DNA from: Lepidodermella squamata
Taxonomy: Eukaryota > Animalia > Gastrotricha
NCBI GenBank assembly: GCA_047495785.1
Contig: JBLDXI010000029.1
Span: 1,178,001-1,242,000, forward strand
DNA: 64,000 nt
Reading direction: 5' to 3'
Shown: piece after piece, positions 44,287 through 53,429 of the stretch
How the letters are laid out: the number at the start of each line of letters is the position of its first letter
Position numbering within the stretch: the first letter of the stretch is position 1
Translations under genes and position numbers: made by a program
The notes under the pieces: model-generated
What the model was told of the DNA's origin: nothing
What the model saw: the letters and a program-made list of their open reading frames with translations, nothing else
Database searches by the model: none

Positions 44287-46710
44287 ATGAGGTCTGATCA
44301 GTTATCGAGTATTTTCTTCGGAATTCTTCTGATATACTCTATCGCAAACTGTCAAGATTTGCCACAGAAACGACTTGTTGTCCTTAATCTCATCACGCTC
44401 AACGTGCAGGATCAAAGCGCGGCTTTTGTGCAAGATCTAATCAACTTTCTTGTCGAAATGGCAAATCAGAAGAACCTGATTCCAGGCTATACTCTAGAAA
44501 TACGCCATGCCGAGGAAGATTTTGGTCGTCAATCAGTTCGACGCGTCGTCGAATTCAAACGGCAAGAAGAAGCTGGCAATGTCGCAAAAGCGCCAATCTC
44601 TCTGGGACCAGTCACCTCAACTGGCTGCACGAGTCTCGGACCGGTATTGCATCACCTCCAAGCAGTTTCCATGTCACCTACATGCACTGCGCCAGGCCTA
44701 ATTGATCGTTGGAAATCCAAGAATCTTTACTTGAACCTTCGGACTGGTCAAGTTTTCGCTTACACTATCCTGACTGCTATTGGAAAAATCGGAGGATGGA
44801 AGCGTTTTGCTCTCATCGCGAATTCTGACAATACAAATGACATTGGAGTAGCCATGCTAACCCACAAGATCGCCCTATCGAATGGCTTCGAGGTTCCTCT
44901 CTTCACCAGTGTCAGTAATATTGATTCAGATGTGATCGACGCTATAGTCAAATCTGAAGCCAGAGTTATCGTCTTAGTAGCAGCGATAAATGATCTGGTG
45001 AAGAAACTACTCTGCATGAGTTCTGCAGCTGGGCTGACAGGCGAAAGATACGTCTTCATGGCTAGCAATTCAGCATTTGTCGATCCCACAACTCAGCCAG
45101 CAATCATAATGCCTGGATGTACGAGGGAAATGTTGATTGAGCAGATGAAGCAAACTTTTTTCGCGGGACCAATGTATCGCTTCGACGATCCAACTGTAAG
45201 AGCTGAATGGGGCTATAATCAGCCGGAATTTGATGCTATGTTGGACCAATATCAGATCAGGATTAAAAACAAGACTGTTCGAGCTGGCAATTACGGTTTC
45301 CGGTACCTTTTCCACGACAACGCGCTGATGGGTCTTTTTGCTCTCCGCGACCTGGAAATGACCCTGAGGACGAAACATAACTCGACCCTGTCTGAGTACT
45401 CCGAAAACCCGGAACTGATAGGAAAACTGGCTAATGAGTCGATGCTATCGGTAGATCGCTACGGTCTGCGAATTCCACCCGGTCGAATGTCATTCAACAA
45501 AACGACGGGCTTAATTTCCCAAGATATTCAAGGAATCGTGCAGTGGACCCCACAGTCTAAGGATCAATACGTCGTCCAGGTCTATCAACTACCCGACACC
45601 CAGGCGTTTGTCTACGAAAGCTATGCGGTTCATAAATTGAAAAAGATTGAATGGATCAACGGAGCCCCTCCGAAAGATAGGCCAAAGAACCAGTTAGTTG
45701 TGCTGAAAGTTTCCTTTGGCACTTCTCTAACTATTTGGCTTTTCGCATCTTTGTTTGGAGCTTTGAATATAGCTTCAATCGCTGTGCTTTGGCTAACTCG
45801 GAAACGAAGGTTGAGCGATGTTCCGATGGTCAAGATCATCGGACTATTGGGGAGTCTTCTTTTGCTCGTTGCATCCGTGATCCTCGTCACAGAATCTGAA
45901 GGCGACAGACAAACGGTTTGGCAAGCAGGTGTTGCGTGTTTGATCATCGGATTTTCGATAGTCGACGGCATTTCAGCGATGAGGACAAAATGGTATGTTG
46001 TCCCGTGTTCTGTTGCCCCATCTCCGGCAGGCAGCAAAATATTCAATACATCTTCTACAATCGCAAGTAAAACTCAAGCTGCTTTTTCGGAGAAGGGCAA
46101 ACCCTGCAAAATTAAGCCTCAAACTTCTACGTCAAGCTCCATAATACTAATTGCCGCTCCGTCGACTCGAAAAAAACTTTCGCTACGAAGCAGTAAGAAA
46201 TCAAACCTTGCTGGTTGCGCTGTGTTTTTTATGGTAAATTTTACTATTCTGGCTATTTGGTTTGCTATGGACCCTCAGACCTGTTCTCTGAAACATTCGG
46301 CTAGAGCGTTCTACTATTCGAAAATCGATACAGTGACCGAAACTTTCTCTTATCAGTGTTTATCGACCGTTTTCAAACCTGCCGCCATTTTTCCTTTGAT
46401 CTTTTTCGTCATTCATCTGATCATATTGCTAGCAACAGCCTACTCGTGTTTTCAACTGAAACAACGTCTGAAAGCGGTAGAATCTGGCCAACCAAAAGAG
46501 TTCACATTCGTAAGCTTTTCAATAGCCAATATGATCGCTCTTCTGATTGCTTTTGGGTTGATACTTGCTATCATCGTCGGTAAAGAATTCATCACGGGCC
46601 CTGATGTTCAGGTCATTTTAGCATCGGGCGCTCTTGTATCAGCAGCTTCAGTTACTTTAACGTGGATGTTACCTGTCATCTCAAATGTGAGAAAACATTT
46701 TAATCCTTAA
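44287..46710 (+). CDS. Intronless class C GPCR (GABA-B-like), copy B; inverted paralogue of copy A
   Basis: Near-identical to 33833-36241 over the Venus flytrap and TM5-7/3'UTR, diverged over TM1-4. Shared promoter with TATAAAGGTGGTA at about 44222. Confidence 0.85.
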   Translation: MRSDQLSSIFFGILLIYSIANCQDLPQKRLVVLNLITLNVQDQSAAFVQDLINFLVEMANQKNLIPGYTLEIRHAEEDFGRQSVRRVVEFKRQEEAGNVAKAPISLGPVTSTGCTSLGPVLHHLQAVSMSPTCTAPGLIDRWKSKNLYLNLRTGQVFAYTILTAIGKIGGWKRFALIANSDNTNDIGVAMLTHKIALSNGFEVPLFTSVSNIDSDVIDAIVKSEARVIVLVAAINDLVKKLLCMSSAAGLTGERYVFMASNSAFVDPTTQPAIIMPGCTREMLIEQMKQTFFAGPMYRFDDPTVRAEWGYNQPEFDAMLDQYQIRIKNKTVRAGNYGFRYLFHDNALMGLFALRDLEMTLRTKHNSTLSEYSENPELIGKLANESMLSVDRYGLRIPPGRMSFNKTTGLISQDIQGIVQWTPQSKDQYVVQVYQLPDTQAFVYESYAVHKLKKIEWINGAPPKDRPKNQLVVLKVSFGTSLTIWLFASLFGALNIASIAVLWLTRKRRLSDVPMVKIIGLLGSLLLLVASVILVTESEGDRQTVWQAGVACLIIGFSIVDGISAMRTKWYVVPCSVAPSPAGSKIFNTSSTIASKTQAAFSEKGKPCKIKPQTSTSSSIILIAAPSTRKKLSLRSSKKSNLAGCAVFFMVNFTILAIWFAMDPQTCSLKHSARAFYYSKIDTVTETFSYQCLSTVFKPAAIFPLIFFVIHLIILLATAYSCFQLKQRLKAVESGQPKEFTFVSFSIANMIALLIAFGLILAIIVGKEFITGPDVQVILASGALVSAASVTLTWMLPVISNVRKHFNP

Positions 46711-47629
46711 ACTTTAAACCATGGATTCAGAGTGTTTAGTCAAAGTTGTCGCATTTTTCTAGTTGAATAAAAATCCTCAATTTCGTGATACGTGCTCGTA
46801 AGTTGTTATGTTCCGGAAAAGACACGTGGCTGCTACCTGTTATACCAAAGCGGAAATAATTTAAACCAGGCCTAGTCAATGGGAACAAGGTCACGCAAAA
46901 TTATATTTTCGTTAGTACGGCCGGCTCGCTGTTGCTAAATTAGCCAGGGTTGGCTAGGCCTGCGTTAAACCATTATATCGAACAGTAAAGAAACGTTAAA
47001 AAATAGAAACGGAAATGTCACTGCTCACTTGTCTTCAAGGATGATTTAAATTAACACTGAAAGTTGATTTTTATGAATTTTTTACTGACAAAGTGTCACT
47101 GATGAAAAGTCACTGCTGATTCGACCCTCATTTGCTGAAGTGTCACTGCTGAAAAGTCTGAACACGAGTTGTAGCACAGTCGGCCATTCTATTTACATAC
47201 GAATAAAATATTATTATTTTATAAGAAGAATTAGAAAACTGGTTTGATTCTACCCCTCTGAAACAGGACTTATCACCGGTGATGCTCAAATCCCACTAAA
47301 ATTCAGTTTGCGGGTCGCAGCCTGTTGTATCCTCACGACACTTTTGGAACCTGAAGTTGAACTGCGAGAAGCATCGAACCCATCCACAGGTAGATGCGAT
47401 GCAAGCCGCTAAGCAGATGGCAGTAAATAAGTACTGCTCAATGGAGCGTCTTCAATTAAACGATACTATAGCAGCCCGGGTTACTAACATTTCAACCTCG
47501 AAATTTTGAAAAATTCGAAATTGTTGGTGAACCGTAAATTGCCTTATTTTGCTCTGAAAGTCACGAAAAATCGGGAGTAAAAAACATCACTCATAATAAT
47601 AATTTTCGTTTATTCTCCTCGACGTTTGA

Positions 47630-50583
47630 TCAGTAATCACCCGAAATGAATAGCATAAAAGCTGCGATAACGCTCCAAACTGAAAGCGAGCTAAAGGCAA
47701 GACAGTTCGTCCAAATCAACATGGGAATTAGGGAAAAAGTCCTCGAAGCAGTTGGCGGTTCTTGCAAGTCGAGTTGTGGCAAGCTGCCCAGTTCAGAGGT
47801 CAGGTGGTAAGGATGTGGCATCGGGGCGGATATGTCTTCGATTCGTAAATTTGATGGCTCGGGTCGTGGTCGATATCGCTTCGAAGCAGGGCTGTTGTGT
47901 TCTAAGTCCAGGATTAGCAGGCTGATAGGAACAGCGATGAGAAGAGGCGCCATAGCCGATAGACCGAAAACGACCAAAATCAGATTGATGTGAGGCACCA
48001 GCGCAGCAAAAAAGACTGAAAATTCAAAATGGAACTGTGAAATTTTCAAAATTTAATTTTTTTCAATTTTGATCATAAAAACCGCGGCTATGGAAAATTC
48101 AAAATTTCCAGGTAGATAAGAATTCCGCAATCATAACAAAATTTTAATATTTTCAACGAAGTGCACTTTCATACATATTCATACTTGCAAATGTTCAACT
48201 TTCATACATATTTATGCATGACAAAATTAACTTTCATACATATTTTTTTTCATAAAATCGTATTTTTCAGCCAAACTGATTAGGAATTGGGGTTAGGGGT
48301 TAGGGTTAGGTGCCAGGGTTCTGGTTCGGGTTAGGGTTAGGTTTAGGGTTTGGTTGGGGTTCAGGATTAAGGTTAGGGTTAGGAAATTTCGAGTTTCGGG
48401 TTTCTACGAAGCTCGATTTTTGGGCCCTTGCACTTCCCCAATAGCCATTTTCCTGCGGAAAAAATTGACTTCGCTTTCGGAACCCCGTTTTTCTTTTTCA
48501 TAAACCGAAAACAGTCATCTGGCATTTCCCTAATGTTTTCAGCTTGAATTTAATGAAAAAAATATGTATGAAAGTTCGCACCCTATTTTCAATTCAAAAT
48601 TCAAAATTTCAATTTTTTGATGTTACGCACAATTTCTGAATATTTATAATTATTGTTCAGCTTACATCCAAGCAGGACAATAGCTGCGTTGACCATCATT
48701 CCGCCGTATTTTTCGTAGAAAAGACGCGTCGGAGGCATGTCGTTACGCATGACTGGCCACATAATATGCCCAGGCGTGACGAATTGATTTTGAAACGTGA
48801 CCAAAATCGAGAATAGCCAAAGAACTCGAAATACAACCTGCAATCTAGAAAATATTGAAAAAATCATGGGACCCGGTAAAATTATAATTAAAAATAATTA
48901 AAGATTGAAAAATTGTAAAAAATTGAGGTTACCCTCTAGCTGGGAGATTAAGTAGAAATACAGTTGAAGCATTGCCGTATGCCCAAAATCCGTAGAAGCC
49001 GACTGTGGCGTAACCAATGCCAAGAATTGCCATAAAAAACGAAGGAAGCCCGTCCCAGCGGCCCCAAGACCGATGTTTCTCCCTTTCACTATTCGAACTA
49101 ACAGACTGTTGAAGACCGAAAAACGAGTAAGGTTGATAGAACGCAAACACGAGATAGGCTAAAAGTTGCGTAATATCGCGATAATCGCTCGATCGGCTAT
49201 CGTACTGCTGCTGTGGTATTTTATGCTGAATTCGGCAAGAAACGTGGATGAAGTAAGCTATCAAGCAGGCTAATGCCAGGAGATTGGCTAGAATTGGGAC
49301 GGTGAAGCAGCGCGATCGCGAGAATTGCTTGTCTTTCAGCGAGCAGAACATGCACGTTGGCAGGATGAAGGCGAGTACCACCATTTGATAGGCGATCATC
49401 GGCATCATCGGCTCAGTATCCTAAACAAAAACCAGCATTAAATTTTTAAATTTTCAAAATGTTCGAACCTCGAACCTGGCTAAAACTAAAATTTCGGAAA
49501 AAAATAATTTAAAATCTCAGAAAAAAATAACGATTCTGTATAAAATTTATTCAGGAAAAAATCCAAATATCAATTTTCTCCAAAATATTTCCGAAAATCT
49601 CGGGAATTTGTTTTTTTACTTTTTTAAAAAAAATAAAAAATAAATAAAAAACCCGATAAACCCGATGTTCGGTAATTTTTCGGTATTTCAGCTGGTTTCT
49701 CCGGATTTTTTATTCCTGCAATATAATCGTTAAGTTAATTAGAATTTTGATTATGATGCCAGCTGTGTTTCACCCATAAATTTCTATTAACCTTGAATTT
49801 TTGGCTCCAACCATTCTTGCTGTATTTTTCATGTTTGCGTTATACTTTAATATGCTTTGATTTTTGAATTTATTTTTCAAATTTCATTCATAAAATTTGC
49901 TAAAATCTCACTCTATCGTGAAGAAGCTGTCGAATAATAGCCGGGCAGTAGATGAAATAGATGACAGTAACACAGCCGATTTGCGCAAAAATCGCCAAAA
50001 AATTGACGAGAAATCGCGCCGGTTTCGCCACCAAGCGAACCAATCGATGCTTCGATGCCGAAAATCGATACGTCATCAATTCGCCCAAATTCGACAGCGC
50101 ATTCCCGCCTGAAATGTTAACATTTCTCGCCGCATCTCGAAAATTCGACCACAAAACTCGAAAAAGCAACGCGGCAATAAATCCGAAGAAAATCGTAGCG
50201 ATTAAACTCGGAAATGCGCCAAGGTGTTTAAAAGCCAGTGGGAACACGATGAAGCCGTGGCTGAGGTTGAAAAATGACGAAAAACTTGACAAAGATTGAT
50301 TAATTCGTTCGGTTTCTGCGGTGTCGCTTTCATGCTCTTCGATAACTAGAAGCCGCCTGCCTTTCGGCGTGGTTTTCCGGTTCGGTTTTACCGATAATTT
50401 CACCCCGGGCGGGGTCGGTTGTAGTGTGGTTGATCTCGCTAGGCGAGCCGGGGTCTCTTCACTGGCTGGTTTATTCATCGCGTCGGCATCTTGGTCTGAG
50501 AATTCGGCCATGGAGAAAATCTGGTGGAAGCCGCTGTCGTCCAACCCAGCCGATTCGTTGCTCGCTTCGGCTGGCTGCATCAT
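47630..50583 (-). CDS. Divergent amino-acid transporter (Aa_trans; SLC36/PAT-like); 4 exons (about 50583-49911, 49420-48931, 48839-48665, 48015-47630)
   Basis: FPLAFKHLG, FLVNFLAIFAQIGCVTVIYF, SLKD...ILANLL, VGFYGFWAYG...FLLNLP, FSILVTFQNQF, AALVPHINLILVVFG in the order expected for SLC36 TM helices. Confidence 0.75.
48161..48583. mobile_element. Non-autonomous element with inverted ends enclosing a degenerate (TTAGGG)n tract (48289-48383)
   Basis: ctttcatacatatt occurs three times on the left and aatatgtatgaaagttcgcac once on the right. The centre reads ggggttagggttagggttagg...gggttagggttagg. Confidence 0.6.
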
Positions 50584-50801
50584 GACCGGGAAAAGTAAAG
50601 AAATGTTTGTTTCTCAGGCGAAAAATTACGCTAATGGAACAGCGTTTAAGTTTTTTTTCTAATACAACGTGCGTAATGTGTGTTGATATGTTTTCTCATT
50701 GTTACATCACAATCGAATGAAACCCGTCTCGAATTAGGGACAAAAATATGGCAGATTTATAAGTATTTTATTTTCGCATGTCGTGATATGCTGGTCTTAT
50801 T

Positions 50802-51832
50802 CCCAGACCGGCACGAAATAAGCTGAAATACGCTGAAATAATTAAGCTGAAATAAGCTGGCAAATGATTTCAGTTGATTTCAGTTTAACGTTTTTCCAGC
50901 GTATTTCAGCTTATTTGTTTCAGCGTATTTCAGCTTAAAGCTATTCCAGCGTTTTTCAGCTTGTTATTTCAGCTCTTTCCAGACGTGGAAAATTTATTTC
51001 AGTTTATTTCAGCGCGTGACGTCATGCTAGTTCAGCGTATTTCAGCACTTTTCCGGCCATTTTTCATTTTTCATTTAAAATCTCGAAATATTCAAAGTCG
51101 ATAATTTCCTGAAAATTTATCATTATATCAGACCGATGGACAAAAATTTCTGAAAAATCGGATTTCAAAATTTAAATTTAAATTCAACCCACTGCAAAAT
51201 TCGAGCTAACGAAATGATTATCAACCTGAGAGGGACATTAACATATAAAACTTCACAAAAGGGTGATATCATAAAAGTAACTTACAAAGTTGTTGACGAT
51301 TTGTTTTTGGATCGCGTCTTGAATTCAATTGCTAACTTATGAACAGTTGTATTTGCATATGCACACTTTTATTCGGAGAGTAGTTAAGCTCATTTCAGCA
51401 TGCAATAGCAGCTAACTGAAAGCTGCCAAACTGAATCCCATTTATTAAAACATGTTAGCGTAAAACTCCAGCAATTTCCAGCTAAAAATTATTTAAGCTG
51501 AAATACGCTGAAATTGTGCGGGAAATAAACCTAGACTCAGGCTCTGCCAAGTCCTGGAAGACCAATTTGAATTTCGCGCAGTGCGTCTTACAGAATTTCA
51601 GCGTATTTCAGCTTGGCGATGTCGCCTCGTGATTATTTCAGCGTATTTCAGCGCAGTGCGTTGATGGATAAAAAATCAACGTCGCTTGACAAAAATCGGC
51701 TGAAATGTGTGCAGCCCAGAAATCAGCTCCAGCGTATTTCAGCGGCGAAGAGCTCGCCATGCCTTATTTCAGCGTATTTCAGCTGATGAAATCAGTTCCA
51801 GCACATTTCAGCTTATTTCGTGCCGGTCTGGG
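50802..51832. mobile_element. CACTA/EnSpm (CMC)-type MITE
   Basis: 28-bp TIR CCCAGACCGGCACGAAATAAGCTGAAAT, 2-bp TSD TT, many subterminal ATTTCAGC/GCTGAAAT repeats at both ends. Confidence 0.85.
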
Positions 51833-52531
51833 TTTCGGACAGAGACGTGTTTTTCGGGCTTCATTTTCTACGGTGAACACATTTTTTCACGCGCTTTATG
51901 TCAAATGATGCGCCTTGAAAAACTGCACAGTCTAGTATCAACTCCGGCAAAAAAATATCTTTTTCTGAACAGGTATTAAAGGATAACTGATCCGGCTATT
52001 TCGGACAGCTCAGTGTGAATATTTAGATTGGGGTCAAAGCTCACATTCGAGCGAGATAAAATGTGTTCGCAGATTTAACGTAAAGAAAAACACGAATAAT
52101 GAGGGATTCGAACCATTTCAATTTTCAAATAGTATTGAGTAAGCATTGTCAAGGTCGATAGTCATTTTTTCAATTCTTTGTATTTTGAAACTGTCCGAAA
52201 ATAGCCGGGACAAAATGGGTTGTCTAAAGCATTTCCTGATCAAAATTTTCGTTCAAAATTGGCTTGAACATACCAGCATTACTAAATCGATGGCGCTCTG
52301 TCCTGTCCGCTTCTTCCACCAAAAAATACCTCCTTGGGGAAAATTTAGTAATTTTGGGTCACGGGACAAGTTGGGCCATTCTTCGCATACATATCCGTTA
52401 TTTACATGTTTCATGTGTCTTTTGAAAGGCAAGACTCACGACTATCTTCAGCATTCTGAATGTACTCTATATCAGGGCTGCAAAACATGCACGACTTCCC
52501 GCGCACCGATTTAAATTTCCCGCTAAACCCG

Positions 52532-52572
52532 GGCGAATAATATGATATAGACTCTATATCATATTATTCGCC
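52532..52572. repeat. Perfect 20-bp-arm palindrome with a 1-nt spacer
   Basis: ggcgaataatatgatataga-c-tctatatcatattattcgcc. Confidence 0.95.
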
Positions 52573-53429
52573 TGTGTTGAGGAGAAATTACATTTCAAAT
52601 TCAAAATTGTCCGAAATAAGACCAGCTTACGGCAGGCTTTAATTTTGTTCGGCCGTGCACCGTGAAACACGATTCGGCCGTTGTATGAACAACTTTTCAC
52701 CGTCTACCAAGAGTGTTAAATTTTATGATATTGTTGTTAAATTTCGAACTTCCGCACCAATGCGAATAAATCTGGTAGATCACCTTAGTCAAAAACTAGG
52801 GCAAAACCCATCTTCCCAGCTTCAAAAAAGTGAAAGTTTTTAGCGTACTGCAAGCCCCTCGCATCCCGGCCGGCCAGAGCGCGACGAGGTCGCTTTTGGA
52901 CTTGGGTCGTAACAATGTTGTTGATGATTCTTCAGGTGATTTGAGAGACTCGCACCACAACTTCGGCAATAGGTAATGATACGCATGTGATACGCTTTGA
53001 TTGAAGCTCATCTACTCTGGTTAATTCCCTGTTAATCGCCTACAGTGCTGCCGGAATCGTTCATTTTGCTTCTGACATCAACGCTTTTCATCGCAGATGA
53101 TTTGTACGTGGATCGCTAATTTCATCCGTGACAGTCAGATAACTTCAAGAGCGCGATGCGCACTTTAAAATTTTAAACCTTTGTCGATTCCGGGAAGTCG
53201 AAAAGAAGCCGTCTTGAAAATGCATCCGATTTCCCTGCTAACGTCTGAAGATGCGTGGAACTGTGAAGTTCCTCCTGTGCTATAGAACGGAAATTCTTAA
53301 GGGAGGATTGTGCCCAGACGTCTAGAGAAAATTGCAAAACCATAGGGGGCGGGATGGCGGAAATATTCAAAGTGGGCACTCAGCAGTCCCTTCTCGAATC
53401 ATTCAATCCCTTTCATTCACATCCTAAGA

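Noticed and set aside
50810-51820. ATTTCAGC repeat arrays as a CRISPR-like array
   Set aside because: Eukaryotic context, 8-bp units, irregular spacing, enclosed by TIRs: these are transposon subterminal repeats.
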